From contig CAWKKR010000008.1 in the NCBI GenBank assembly GCA_963850305.1, positions 1,600,001 through 1,664,000 on the forward strand: a DNA stretch of 64,000 nucleotides, read 5' to 3'. Shown here piece after piece: positions 32,018 to 42,620 of this stretch; the stretch's first letter is position 1; each line of letters opens with the position of its first letter. The DNA is from an uncultured delta proteobacterium (GTDB lineage: Bacteria; Myxococcota_A; Polyangia; Polyangiales; Polyangiaceae). Below the pieces are notes generated by a model that saw only the letters and a program-made list of their open reading frames with translations, searched no databases and had not been told where the DNA came from. The translations under genes were made by a program, and so were the position numbers.

Positions 32018-33226
32018 ATGACACGCGTCACCTTTCTTTTTTCGGTCGCCTCTCTGGTTGTCGTTGCCTGCGGGGCGCGGACGGACGGCGCTGGGCCCCT
32101 CGATCTCGGGGGTCCGCTCGGCTCGGGCGAAGGAACCTCACTCGGCGGCGGCGGCGGTGGTGCGGGCCGAGGCGGCACGGCTGGCTCCGGTGGCGTCGGG
32201 CGAGGCGGTACGGCTGGCTCCGGTGGCGTCGGGCGAGGCGGTACGGCTGGATTCGGAGCCGTGTCGGGTTATGGGGGCTGCGGCGAGTTCGGCTGCGCTG
32301 CGGGCGGGTGTTTCGATTGCAACGTGGGTGGCTATTACGGCGGGGGCGGTTACGCCACGGGCGGCGCGAGCGGTTCGTGCGCGTTTCCGACCTGTGGGGA
32401 ATGTCCGGATTGCTTTTCCCAGTGCCTTTGCGTCGACTCGGATCCCGCCTTCTGCGAGAGCGTCTGCTACGGCGGCGGCGCGGGGTTCTCGGGCTCCGGC
32501 GGCACGGGTGGCGGTGGGTGCGAACCCGCACTGTGTCCGACGAGCAGCGGCGGGTCGCCCATCGTGCTTCAGGGGTGTTGCACGAACTACGGCGCGTGCG
32601 GCATCGACACGACCGCGCTCGAGGGATTCTTGCAAGTGCCGCTCGGGTGCGAAGACCGCTCGGAGCCGGGCTTCGACACCACCGGTTGTGCTCCCATGAA
32701 GACTCCGCTCGACTCGCAACCAGTTCTGGCAGGTTGTTGCCGCAGCGATGGCCGATGCGGGGTGGATCTAGGTTCTCTCGGACTTGGCTGCGTGCTCAAT
32801 ACCGGACAGCCCGCGTACTGCAACTTGCCCGACGGCGGAACAGGTGGGTTCTACGGAGCCGGAGGGTCGCCGGGTACGGGCGGGTTTTACGGAAACGCCG
32901 GCACTCCGGGTTCCGGCGCGAGCCCGGGAGCTGGCGGCGCCGCCGCGCAGTGCGCCGCACAGGCCACGTCGGAGTGCGAGACGTGCGCGTGCGAGAGCTG
33001 CACGAGCACGTTTCTCTCGTGCTTCGCCGACGCGGGTTGCCCGCAGATCCTCCAATGCGCGAACGAAGTCGGGTGTACCGGCATCAACTGCTACCAGCCG
33101 TCCACCTGTCAGAAGGTCATCGACGCGACGGGGGGGCCGAGCAGCGCCTCGGTCGCCATCGCAATCCCGTTGTTCCAGTGCCTCGCCAGCGCGGGCTGCG
33201 ACTGCGGGTTCGCTAGCGCTCAGTGA
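32018..33226 (+). CDS. Gly/Cys-rich putative lipoprotein
   Basis: Lipobox LVVVAC, Gly-rich linkers, Cys-rich modules. Confidence 0.75.
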   Translation: MTRVTFLFSVASLVVVACGARTDGAGPLDLGGPLGSGEGTSLGGGGGGAGRGGTAGSGGVGRGGTAGSGGVGRGGTAGFGAVSGYGGCGEFGCAAGGCFDCNVGGYYGGGGYATGGASGSCAFPTCGECPDCFSQCLCVDSDPAFCESVCYGGGAGFSGSGGTGGGGCEPALCPTSSGGSPIVLQGCCTNYGACGIDTTALEGFLQVPLGCEDRSEPGFDTTGCAPMKTPLDSQPVLAGCCRSDGRCGVDLGSLGLGCVLNTGQPAYCNLPDGGTGGFYGAGGSPGTGGFYGNAGTPGSGASPGAGGAAAQCAAQATSECETCACESCTSTFLSCFADAGCPQILQCANEVGCTGINCYQPSTCQKVIDATGGPSSASVAIAIPLFQCLASAGCDCGFASAQ

Positions 33227-33290
33227 GCGGCGGTGGGCCGCGACGCGGCCTCGACGATACCGACGGGCCACGCGAGCTGTTCTCGCCGCC
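33216..33290. repeat. 75-bp direct repeat, copy 1 (copy 2 at 34603-34677); duplicated 3' end of the 34607-35041 gene
   Basis: 71/75 identity by manual alignment. Confidence 0.85.
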
Positions 33291-33543
33291 GCCACCCGAG
33301 GAAACCATGCACGAGCACCGGGCTGCTCCGCCGCTGTCCCGCTTTTCGGTCTCTCACCGAAAGTGACGAGGCGCAGTGCTTGCGACATGGCGCATGAATT
33401 GCATCGTCCATGGCGACGCTGGATCTTGCGGTCGTTGGCGGTGCGCCCGAGACGGATGGTCTCGCGAACTGTGCGGCACGCCCGATGCAGCCATGCACGG
33501 AGATGCAACCATGCACAGGACCGAATTGGTTCGAGGTGAAGAG

Positions 33544-34464
33544 ATGTTGAGGACGAATTCACTTGCGACGCTGCTGTTCTTCCTGATCATCGCGGCCGGA
33601 GCGGCGGTCGCGTACGCGCTCAACGGCGCGGCGCTGCTCGCGGACGCGGCGGTTCTCGCCGTGGCGTTGGCGCTGGCGCTGATCGTGTCCGTGTCGGTGA
33701 AGATTGCTGCGCCGTGGGACAAAGCGGTCGTCTTGCGCCTGGGCCGATTTCGGGGGCTCCGCGGGCCCGGCATATTTTTCATCATTCCGGTGATCGACAC
33801 GATCCCCTACTGGATCGACACTCGAGTGATTACCTCGTCCTTCAAGGCGGAGAAGACGCTGACGAAGGACACGGTCCCCGTCGACGTCGATGCCGTGCTT
33901 TTCTGGAAGGTCGTCGATCCCGAGAGAGCGGCGTTGGCCGTCGCGGATTACGGGACCGCGATCAGCTGGGCGTCCCAGACGGCGCTGCGCGACGTCATCG
34001 GCAAGACGGTGCTATCGGACATGCTGGAGGGTAGAGGCAAGATCAGCGGCGAATTGCAGCAAGTCATCGACCAGCGGACGGAGCCTTGGGGCGTCAACGT
34101 CATCAACGTCGAGGTCAGGGACGTGTTGATCCCGCCGGCTCTCGAGGATGCGATGTCGATGCAGGCGCAGGCAGAGCGCGAGCGACAGGCTCGGGTGATC
34201 TTGGGCGATTCGGAACGCCAGGTCGCAGAGAAGTTCGGCGAGGCAGCGAAGACCTATCACGACGATCCGATCGCTCTGCACCTCCGTGCGATGAACATGC
34301 TTTACGAGGGGCTCAAGCAGAACGGGACGATCGTCCTCGTGCCGAGTTCCGCGCTGGACACGATGCAACTCGGCAATCTCGCCGGAATGACGGCGCTAAC
34401 GATGGCCTCGGCAAAGAACGGCGCGGCCAAGGAGCCCGAACCCGCCATTCAGCATGACGCCTGA
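33544..34464 (+). CDS. SPFH/band-7 (slipin/stomatin) family membrane protein
   Basis: VVLRLGRF..GPG, TKDTVPVDVDAV, QTALRDVIG, QAQAERERQAR. Confidence 0.92.
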   Translation: MLRTNSLATLLFFLIIAAGAAVAYALNGAALLADAAVLAVALALALIVSVSVKIAAPWDKAVVLRLGRFRGLRGPGIFFIIPVIDTIPYWIDTRVITSSFKAEKTLTKDTVPVDVDAVLFWKVVDPERAALAVADYGTAISWASQTALRDVIGKTVLSDMLEGRGKISGELQQVIDQRTEPWGVNVINVEVRDVLIPPALEDAMSMQAQAERERQARVILGDSERQVAEKFGEAAKTYHDDPIALHLRAMNMLYEGLKQNGTIVLVPSSALDTMQLGNLAGMTALTMASAKNGAAKEPEPAIQHDA

Positions 34465-34606
34465 CCTCCTTCGCTGGCAGCCTCTCGACGACGCCGCGGG
34501 TCGCCGTCGGGAAGGTTGCCGATTCCGAGCGCTCGCGGACGAGAACATCCGCCCCGACGTCGTTTCCGAGCTTCGCTCCAGAGGCAAGGAGTGGGTCCGC
34601 GCGCGC

Positions 34607-35041
34607 TCAGTGAACGGCGGTGGGCTGCGACGCGGCCTCGACGATACCGATGGGCCACGCGAGCGGTTCTCGCCGCCAACCGTCGTCGCCCGCTTTGCGG
34701 GAATCCACGCGAAGGTCGTAGTGGCCCACGACGGGTGGAAACGGGAGGCCGAACGTCCGCATGCGGTACCGCGGCGTCACCGGACGATGCGAGAATGCGT
34801 CCGTGGGCGTCTCCAGCCCCGTGATGGCCACCATGACGAACCGAACTTCGAAGTCGTGTCCGTACTCGTCCGGTGCGACGTGGAAGTAAGCGTGAATCTC
34901 CAGCGGCACGAGACCGTGGGGAGGGGCAGGTGCTCCTTGCGGCACGTTGATCTGTTCGACGAGGTTGAACAGCGTCACGTTGTTCGAGTGTTGATCGACG
35001 GAGGACCCGCCGCACACGGCAAGAAAGTAGCACCGGGGCAT
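34607..35041 (-). CDS. Hypothetical protein (DUF6941-like)
   Basis: SSVDQHSNNVTLFNLVEQ; clean ORF; family tentative. Confidence 0.65.
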   Translation of the reverse strand: MPRCYFLAVCGGSSVDQHSNNVTLFNLVEQINVPQGAPAPPHGLVPLEIHAYFHVAPDEYGHDFEVRFVMVAITGLETPTDAFSHRPVTPRYRMRTFGLPFPPVVGHYDLRVDSRKAGDDGWRREPLAWPIGIVEAASQPTAVH

Positions 35042-35089
35042 CCGTCGCTTTTAGCACCGGTCGCCGCGTCGCGGCCGTCGTTGCCGCTC

Positions 35090-35764
35090 TCAGGGCCAGG
35101 GAGCGGCGGTTGCGAAATAGACGACTGTCTCGGCACCCGTGAGAAACAAGGCGAGGCCGCAGAACCCGCACCCGAGCGATAGCAAGCGTGCGCCCCGCGC
35201 CGTCGTGACGAGGCCGTAGCCAAGACAGCACCGCACGACGCCGTTCGCGAAATGATACGACGCGGCCGCGAGCCCGAAAAGGTACGCCATCGCCGCGAAG
35301 GGGACCCCGAGCGCCGACGTCGTCGAGAGCGTTTCGGTCAGCGTCGGATAGTAGTCCGCCGGCCTGAGCCGTCCAAGGGCCTGGGCGAACCGCAGCACCC
35401 ACACGTGGTAGGCGACGAACCCGAACGTCACGCCGCCGGTCACTCGTTGGAGGGGCTTCGACCAGCTCTTCGAGTGGGCCGCCAGGGCCGGGTGGCGCGG
35501 CCGTTCCATCGGATTCGCGATGACCCACGCGCCGAAGCCCGCGTGAAAAAGCAGGGGCACCTGGACGAATACGACCTCCAGCGCGAAGAGCCAGGAGCTC
35601 CGCTGTATCCGGCCGGGTAGGTCGTCATACGCTGCGCGTCCTTGCAACGCATGCGCGTTCAGCCAAAGATGCACCAGCAAGAAGGCGCCGACGGGAATCA
35701 CGCCTGTCGCCGAATGCAGCGCGAACCACCGGAACGACCGTCGCTCCTTCGCCAGATCCGTCAT
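35090..35764 (-). CDS. Succinate dehydrogenase cytochrome b558 subunit-like membrane protein
   Basis: LHSATGVIPVGAFLLVHL, PLLFHA, LQRVTG, YHFANG: haem-ligand His pattern. Confidence 0.8.
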   Translation of the reverse strand: MTDLAKERRSFRWFALHSATGVIPVGAFLLVHLWLNAHALQGRAAYDDLPGRIQRSSWLFALEVVFVQVPLLFHAGFGAWVIANPMERPRHPALAAHSKSWSKPLQRVTGGVTFGFVAYHVWVLRFAQALGRLRPADYYPTLTETLSTTSALGVPFAAMAYLFGLAAASYHFANGVVRCCLGYGLVTTARGARLLSLGCGFCGLALFLTGAETVVYFATAAPWP

Positions 35765-37643
35765 GGTCGTCGCCGTCACTCTTCGCGCTCGGAAACCAAG
35801 GATAGCTCGGGCGAGCGGGTTTTCGGTCGCGGTTTTTGGCGCGGCCGCCTGCGTCTTCTTCACGTCGTGCGGCTCGGGATCGCGCGTCGCGACGGTTCCG
35901 GTTCCCTCGCTTGCCGGAACGCCGGGCGCGCAGGCGGCGTACCGGCGGATAGAATCCCGCTGGACGGATCTCCCCGAAGAGCGTCGCGGCGAACTAGACC
36001 CGGCGTTGCGTGACTTCCTTGGTCGGTACGGCGCGGATGATCGCGCCCGCAGGGTGCGGGTTCTCCTGGCGTGGATCGACATCGATCGCGGCCACGCGAG
36101 CGAAGCGCACTCCCTCCTTTCGACCGTTCGCGCCGGACCGGCCGGCGCCGTGCATGATTTTGCCGATGTCGCCGAGGCGCGCGCGGTGGCTCACGACGGC
36201 CATTTCGGCGCCGCCCTCGGATTGCTCGAACCGCTCCGGGGGAAGCTGGTGGACCCTGGTGTCCGCGGTCTGTACTCGAAGGAGCTGGTTCTGGCGCTCG
36301 TCGCCACCGCGCGGTTCGACGACGCGATGCAAGCGATGCTCGACTGGGCGGAACAGGCGGCCCCCATCGAGCGCGAGGACGTTCTGGCCGAAATCGAAGG
36401 CATCGTTCGCGGTATACCCGCGTCGTCGCTCGAGGCCGCGTTCCTCAAGCTCGTCGAGGAAGATCGCGCCGACGTCGGCGCGCAGCGCTCGTCGCGCTCC
36501 GAGGCGCGCCGTTGGCTGCTGATGTCGGCGCGCTCGCGGCTGGAGCGTGTCGCGCTGACGGAACGCGACCCGGAGCTTGCCCGACGGCTCCTGGAGTCGA
36601 GCCCCGTCGAACTCGGGCACGACGACGAGCGGGAGGCGATCTCGGCGCTTGCCGCGGAGAGCGCCGTTGCTGCGCGCGTCGCGGGTCGCGCGCTCGGCGT
36701 CGTTCTCGACGTTTCGGACGACGTGTCGCGACGGCGTTCGGCCCAGGTCGTCGAAGGGATGACACGGGCGCTCGGGTTGCCGGAGGCCGCAACGCGCGAA
36801 GATGCGGTCCGGCTAGTCACGCGCGACGCCTCGGAGCCGGGCGAAGTGGAGCGCGCTCTGGCCGCGCTCGCCGGCGACGGCGCGACGATTCTCGTCGGCG
36901 GGGTGACCGGGGATGCTGCGATTGCTTGTTCGGTCTTCGCCGAACAAAAGCACGTTCCGGTGATCGTACTCGGGGACCCCCCTGCGACGGCATCGGCGGC
37001 GTTCACGTTCGCCGTCGGTGACGACCCGGCGGCGGTCGAACTGGCCGTCAAGCGCGCCCTGGACGCTGCGGGCGTCCACTCGGTGGCTCGCGTCGGTCCC
37101 GCCGGCGTCCCGTGCGACGCTCGGGCGGCGACCGTTGCCGCTTCTCGATTTCCGCTCGAAGAATGGAAGCGGGCCGCCATCGAGGCGCTCGTTCTGGCTG
37201 GCGATCCCGAGTGCACGCGCGACGCCGCCCAGGACGTGGCGAGCGCGGGGCTTTCGCCATTGCTCATCGTGGGTCTGGAGTCGGCAGAAGGTGCAGACCC
37301 GTTACCGGGCCGCAAGCTCCTCGTCGGCGCCGGGCAGTTCCCGCTGGCAGCCCACGCTCTCACCACGGACGAGCGAGCGTGGGTCGAGCGCTTCGGTTCG
37401 GGTCCGTCCTGGTACGAAACGCTCGGTCGCGACGCCGCGCTCCTCGGGGCTGCGGCGCTCGCCGACTTCCCGCTTGCGCACGTCGAAGACCACGCGGCCG
37501 TCGCCACTCTCCACGCGCGCGCGCGTGATGCGCTGCTGAAAGCGCGCGCCGCGCTTTGGTCGACTGCCTCGCGCGGGTTCGACGGCAACCACGTGCTGCC
37601 ACGCGACTTCAGCACGGCCCCACCGGGAGAGGCTCCTCCGTGA
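35763..37643 (+). CDS. Putative lipoprotein, TPR-like plus periplasmic-binding fold (LpoA-like)
   Basis: FFTSC lipobox-like, helical repeats, RLVTRDAS and LGRDAA in the C-terminal half; start uncertain. Confidence 0.6.
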   Translation: MVVAVTLRARKPRIARASGFSVAVFGAAACVFFTSCGSGSRVATVPVPSLAGTPGAQAAYRRIESRWTDLPEERRGELDPALRDFLGRYGADDRARRVRVLLAWIDIDRGHASEAHSLLSTVRAGPAGAVHDFADVAEARAVAHDGHFGAALGLLEPLRGKLVDPGVRGLYSKELVLALVATARFDDAMQAMLDWAEQAAPIEREDVLAEIEGIVRGIPASSLEAAFLKLVEEDRADVGAQRSSRSEARRWLLMSARSRLERVALTERDPELARRLLESSPVELGHDDEREAISALAAESAVAARVAGRALGVVLDVSDDVSRRRSAQVVEGMTRALGLPEAATREDAVRLVTRDASEPGEVERALAALAGDGATILVGGVTGDAAIACSVFAEQKHVPVIVLGDPPATASAAFTFAVGDDPAAVELAVKRALDAAGVHSVARVGPAGVPCDARAATVAASRFPLEEWKRAAIEALVLAGDPECTRDAAQDVASAGLSPLLIVGLESAEGADPLPGRKLLVGAGQFPLAAHALTTDERAWVERFGSGPSWYETLGRDAALLGAAALADFPLAHVEDHAAVATLHARARDALLKARAALWSTASRGFDGNHVLPRDFSTAPPGEAPP

Positions 37644-38096
37644 CGGAGCGCGAAATCCTCCTCCCGAACCGCCACGCGACGAAAACGCTCGGGGCTGCAA
37701 TTGGCCGTGAACTCACGCCGAGTGATCTCTTCGTGCTCTCCGGGCCGCTCGGCTCCGGGAAGACGTTCCTCGTTCGCGCGGTGTGTCGAGCGCTCGGTCT
37801 CTCTCCGAACATTCGCGTGACGAGCCCGACGTTCACGCTCGTTCACGAGTACTCTACGGTGCCCCCGGTCCTTCATGCGGACCTGTACCGTCTCGAGACT
37901 CCCGCGGACGTCGCAGAGCTCGGGCTCCTCGAGCAGCGAGAATCAGGGACGAGCGCTGTTCGTGGAATGGGGCGAACCTTATATGGACGTGCTCGGGGGC
38001 GACGCCGTGATCGTAGAGTTCGAACTCGCTCCGAGACGTGCCCGAGTCCGCGCGACGGGGCACTCCTCCGCGGCCCGTGTCGCGTCCCTTTTGTGA
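37640..38096 (+). CDS. tsaE: tRNA t6A biosynthesis ATPase; frameshift near 37950
   Basis: LSGPLGSGKT, VTSPTFTLVHEY, HADLYRL, then FVEWGE in another frame. Confidence 0.9.
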
Positions 38097-38141
38097 GCGC
38101 GCTTTACGGACGTCGAACGGTTCGGTGTTAGAGTTGGGGCC

Positions 38142-38951
38142 GTGAGCATCGACGCTGCGGAAGCCCCTGCGTCCCCCGAGCCCCTTCTGGAACGACTGAC
38201 GGCTCCCGTGTTCGATGCGCTCGACGCGCTCGGAACGTTCGTCACACTCACGTTCGAGACACTCCTCTGGATGGTGCGTCCCCCGTATCGTATCGGCCAG
38301 CTCTTTTCCGCGATGGAGTTCATAGGTGTGCAGTCGGTCTTCATCGTGTCGCTGACCGGCACCTTCAGCGGCATGGTCCTCGCTCTCCAGACCGTGAATA
38401 CATTGCGTCAGTTCAGTGCCGAGGGTGTCGTCGGTTCGGTGGTCGCGATTTCCCTGACACGCGAGATAAGCCCGGTCTTCGCGGCGCTGATGGTGACCGC
38501 CCGCGCCGGCAGCGCCATGGCGGCCGAGCTCGGCAACATGCGCGTGACCGAGCAGATCGACGCCATTTTGACGATGGGTGTAAGCCCGGTACAGTACCTG
38601 CTGTCGCCGCGGCTGATCGCGTCCGTGGCAATGATGCCGCTCCTCTGCATCCTTTACTCGTGTCTCGGCATGGCCGGCGCATGGCTGGTCGCGGTCCACG
38701 GTCTCGGCGTCGACCCCGGCGTATTTCTATCGAATATCGAGAAGTACATGGTGCCGCGGGACTTTTTCATGGGTGAGGTCAAATCCCTCGTGTTCGGGTT
38801 TCTCATCGCCGCGATATCCTGCAATCAAGGCTTCCACGCGAGCGGTGGGGCTCGGGGCGTCGGTCTGGCGACGACGCGCGCGGTCGTGGAGAGCGCCGTC
38901 GCGATCCTCATAGCGAATTACGTCATCACGAGCTTCATGACGAACATCTGA
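38142..38951 (+). CDS. mlaE: MlaE-family ABC permease
   Basis: REISPV, GSAMAAELGNMRVTEQIDA, GARGVGLATTRAVV. Confidence 0.93.
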   Translation: MSIDAAEAPASPEPLLERLTAPVFDALDALGTFVTLTFETLLWMVRPPYRIGQLFSAMEFIGVQSVFIVSLTGTFSGMVLALQTVNTLRQFSAEGVVGSVVAISLTREISPVFAALMVTARAGSAMAAELGNMRVTEQIDAILTMGVSPVQYLLSPRLIASVAMMPLLCILYSCLGMAGAWLVAVHGLGVDPGVFLSNIEKYMVPRDFFMGEVKSLVFGFLIAAISCNQGFHASGGARGVGLATTRAVVESAVAILIANYVITSFMTNI

Positions 38952-39001
38952 GGGGAATTTCTGGTATCCTCCGCCTTTGGTCGCGGAAGGGATTTCCAGA
39001 A

Positions 39002-41872
39002 ATGCGCAGACTCCATACCTTTGCTTTCTTGTGCAGCGCTCTCATGTCCGCTGCACCGGCCTTTGCGGTTTCCACGACGCTGGTCATCAGCGAGTTCCGG
39101 ACGCGCGGTCCGAACGGCGCGAACGACGAATTCGTGGAGATCTTCAACAAGTCCGGCGCGACCGTCGCCGCAGGCGGATTCATGCTCAGGGCGGCCGACG
39201 CCGCCGGCAACACGGCCGCCCTCGCGCAGATCCCGGCGGGCACGAACATCGCATCGAAGCATTTCTACCTGTTCGCGAACAACGGCACCCAGGGCTACTC
39301 CGGGTCGGTCTCGCCCAACCAGACGTATACGCAGAGCATCCCCGACAGCGGCGGCATCGCGATCCTGAATGCCAGCAGCGTGATCATTGACGCGGTCGGC
39401 ACGAGCGCCACGAGTGCCTACGTGGAGGGCACGCCTCTCGCGCCGATGACCGCGAACGTCAATCAGAGCTATGAGCGCAACGACGGAGGGTGCGCCGCGA
39501 CTCAGGATACGGACGACAACGCCGCAGATTTTCGCTTCAACGCGGCGTCGTCCGGGCCGCAAAATAGCAGCTTCAATTGCTCGAGCTGTTCCGGCGTCGT
39601 GTGCGACTCGCCCCCGAACAGCCAGTGCTGGGCCACCGCGGGTACCTGTTCCGCCGGGACCTGCAATTACAAGCAGTCGGCGACCGGCACGTCCTGCAGC
39701 GATGGAGACGCTTGCACGGTCGGAGACTCCTGCGATTCGAGCGGCAACTGCGCCTCGGGTTCCGCGGCCGTGTGCAATTCGCCCCCGGCAAACGCGTGTT
39801 CCGATCCGCAGACGCTCGTCACGTACAGCCCCGCTGGCGTCTGTTCTTCGCTGGCTGGCTGCACGTACCAGAGCACATCGACTCAGTGCCCCTTCGGGTG
39901 CAACGGAAGCACGGCGCAGTGCAATCCCGACCCTTGTACGAACGTGAGTTGCACCACGCCGCCCACCAACGGCTGCTACGCCGCGGGGGGAACGTGTTCG
40001 AAGGGCTCATGCACGTATCTGCCCAACCCCGCCCTGACGCCCTGTACGGACGGCAACGCCTGCACGGTCGGAGATCAGTGTGACGGCAGCGGCACTTGCG
40101 AGCCTGGCACGGCGAAGCCCATCGACGACGGCAATCCCTGCACGCTGGATAGCTGCGATACCACCACGGGTGTGGTGTCACACACGAACGAGGACGGGAC
40201 GAATTGCGACGACGGGAACCTGTGCAACGGCGTCGCGACGTGCGTGGCTGGCGTCTGTACGAACGGCGCGCCCGTCGCCTGTACGACGCCCCCGATCGGT
40301 GGCTGCTACGCCGCGACGGGCACGTGCGCCCCGACGTCCGGCGCCTGTACGTACCCGCCGCTCAGTCAGGGCACTGCATGTGACGATGGCGAGAAGTGTA
40401 CGAGCCAGGACCAGTGCGATGGTAGCGGAGCGTGCAAGGGCTCGACCGTCGTCTGCACTCCGGGAGCGCCGACGTGCAGCGACGCGAATACCTCGACCAC
40501 ATTTTCCGGCGGAACGTGCCAGTCGGGGAACGGAACCTGCTCCTTCACGTCGAAGAACACCGCCTGCGCCTTCGGCTGTAACGCGGCCTCCGGTCTCTGC
40601 AACGCGGACCCCTGCATCGGCGTAGTGTGCAACACGCCACCGGCCGGCTTGCCCTCGGATCTTTGCCTGTCGAGCACCGGAACCTGCAGTGGGGGAACGT
40701 GTACTTACCCGCTGAAGGCTTCCGGCGCGAGCTGCGACGATGGGGATCCGTGCACCGGTAACGACCAGTGCAGCTCCGCGGGGAAGTGCGCCGGTACTCC
40801 GCTCCTCTGCAACACGCCACCCAACCCCGTATGCAAAGACTCCGGGACTTCCACCCAGGCCTCCGTGAACGGAACGTGCACGGCCGGGTCCTGTGGCTAC
40901 GTGACCGCCGACGTCGTGTGCCAGTTCGGCTGTGACGGCGCGACGGGCCTCTGCAAGGGCGACCCCTGCGCGACGGTCACCTGCGATCAGCCCCCGCTCG
41001 ACGGATGCCATCAGGCCCAAGGAACGTGCACCAACGGAAGCTGTGCATACGATCTGAAGCCGTCCGGTTCGAGCTGCGATGACGGCAATGCGTGCACGGA
41101 AAACGACGTCTGCGACGACACCGGCACCTGCGCCGGCGCCGCGCTCGAGTGCAATACTCCTCCCGCGTCCACCTGCTCGGACGCAAACACTTCGGTCGCT
41201 TATGCGTCGGCGGGCACCTGCGGAGCGGGTACCTGCGCGTATGCTCCGACGAGCACCGCATGCCCGAACGGGTGCGACGCCACGACCGGCCTCTGCAAGG
41301 GCGATCCCTGCGCAAGCGTGACCTGCGCGACGCCACCTGGCGCGTGCTTCCTCGACACCGGAACCTGTGCCGGGGGCACGTGCACGTACAGCCCGCGTCA
41401 GAGCGGCGTGCCCTGCGACGACGGCAATGCTTGCACGGCCGGCGACGAATGTGACGGTGCGGGGAATTGCGTGCCCGCGTCGACCGTGTGTGGGGACGGC
41501 GGCCCGAAGACCGACGGTGGTCCGGGCCCGGCCGCGGGGGGCGCTCCGAACCTCGACGGAGGCGTGCACGCTGGCGGTGCGAGCTCCGGCGGAGCGGCCG
41601 CTTCCGACGGCGGTCCGAGCGCAGGGGGAACGAACACCGGCGGAGCCGCCGGTGGCGGTGGCGGTGCTATTGGCGGCGGCGGTGTGGGCGGCTTCGTGAA
41701 CCTCCCGGACGGCGGGCTCGTACCGGAGGGTGGGACCGGATTCTCGAACGCCGGAGTGCGCGGTGGTTGCGGCTGCAGCGTGCCCGATACGAGGAGCCGA
41801 GCGCCGTGGCCGCTCTCGTTGCTCGCCCTGGGCGCCATCGTTCTACGCCGGCGAAGGCGACGAGCCGCGTGA
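39002..41872 (+). CDS. Surface protein: lamin-tail domain, Cys-rich repeats, MYXO-CTERM
   Basis: LVISEFRTRG..DEFVEIFN; repeated CDDGNACT; GGCGCSV..RRRRRR. Confidence 0.88.
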   Translation: MRRLHTFAFLCSALMSAAPAFAVSTTLVISEFRTRGPNGANDEFVEIFNKSGATVAAGGFMLRAADAAGNTAALAQIPAGTNIASKHFYLFANNGTQGYSGSVSPNQTYTQSIPDSGGIAILNASSVIIDAVGTSATSAYVEGTPLAPMTANVNQSYERNDGGCAATQDTDDNAADFRFNAASSGPQNSSFNCSSCSGVVCDSPPNSQCWATAGTCSAGTCNYKQSATGTSCSDGDACTVGDSCDSSGNCASGSAAVCNSPPANACSDPQTLVTYSPAGVCSSLAGCTYQSTSTQCPFGCNGSTAQCNPDPCTNVSCTTPPTNGCYAAGGTCSKGSCTYLPNPALTPCTDGNACTVGDQCDGSGTCEPGTAKPIDDGNPCTLDSCDTTTGVVSHTNEDGTNCDDGNLCNGVATCVAGVCTNGAPVACTTPPIGGCYAATGTCAPTSGACTYPPLSQGTACDDGEKCTSQDQCDGSGACKGSTVVCTPGAPTCSDANTSTTFSGGTCQSGNGTCSFTSKNTACAFGCNAASGLCNADPCIGVVCNTPPAGLPSDLCLSSTGTCSGGTCTYPLKASGASCDDGDPCTGNDQCSSAGKCAGTPLLCNTPPNPVCKDSGTSTQASVNGTCTAGSCGYVTADVVCQFGCDGATGLCKGDPCATVTCDQPPLDGCHQAQGTCTNGSCAYDLKPSGSSCDDGNACTENDVCDDTGTCAGAALECNTPPASTCSDANTSVAYASAGTCGAGTCAYAPTSTACPNGCDATTGLCKGDPCASVTCATPPGACFLDTGTCAGGTCTYSPRQSGVPCDDGNACTAGDECDGAGNCVPASTVCGDGGPKTDGGPGPAAGGAPNLDGGVHAGGASSGGAAASDGGPSAGGTNTGGAAGGGGGAIGGGGVGGFVNLPDGGLVPEGGTGFSNAGVRGGCGCSVPDTRSRAPWPLSLLALGAIVLRRRRRRAA

Positions 41873-41910
41873 CGCCGGCGCGGTGAGCGCCCGCGGGTCC
41901 CTGACTCGCG

Positions 41911-42543
41911 TCACGGCCTCTTCTGATACGTTCCGACGAGCTCTGCACGACCTAGAACGTGGCCCTGCATCGCCCGTTCGAGCTCGACCTTCGTCGGTGC
42001 GGTGAGGCCGAGGACGGAATCGAGTGCATACAGCTCGTGCACGTACCGGTGGCGGCCGACTGGCGGACATGGGCCGCCGTAGCCGGCGTTGCCGAAATCG
42101 TTCCTTCCGGTTTGCGTTCCGGGCGGCAGGCCCGAGATAGCGGCGTTCTCCGGCAGGCCCGCGCTCGATGCGGGGATGTCGGAGAGCACCCAGTGAACCC
42201 AGGTTCGCGTCGGCGCCGCGGGATCCGGAGCGTCGGGATCGTCCTCGATCAACGCGAAGCTTTTCGTGCCCGCGGGAGCGCCGGACCAGGTCAGCGGCGG
42301 CGACACGTTCGCGCCCTGGCACGTGTACTTCGAGGGGATCGGCTGGAAGGGGGCGAACGCCGACGACGTGAGGGTCAGCTTGGAAACGGGCACGGCCTCG
42401 AGTTTTTCCGAGCCAGACCGAGTCGCCGCGGAAGTCGATCGCGCCTCGCACGAGGGGAGGCCCAGGGCCGCCGCTAACGCCAGCAGAAACGCCGGGCTGA
42501 CGCTCCGTCGCCCGCACCGTCCTCCGCTCGAATCGACGTCCAT
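41911..42543 (-). CDS. YbhB/YbcL (PEBP) family protein
   Basis: NVSPPLTWS, DPDAP, WVHWV, YGGPCPP..HRY. Confidence 0.92.
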   Translation of the reverse strand: MDVDSSGGRCGRRSVSPAFLLALAAALGLPSCEARSTSAATRSGSEKLEAVPVSKLTLTSSAFAPFQPIPSKYTCQGANVSPPLTWSGAPAGTKSFALIEDDPDAPDPAAPTRTWVHWVLSDIPASSAGLPENAAISGLPPGTQTGRNDFGNAGYGGPCPPVGRHRYVHELYALDSVLGLTAPTKVELERAMQGHVLGRAELVGTYQKRP

Positions 42544-42620
42544 CTTCGGCGATTGTAGTGCCGGACACCCGCTCGTCCACGGGAGTTCCTGCGATCATTT
42601 GGTGTAGCATCGCCGGCCTC

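Noticed and set aside
37640..38096. tsaE pseudogene or programmed frameshift
   Set aside because: Usually essential, motifs intact on both sides, and similar indels occur across the window; a sequencing error is more likely
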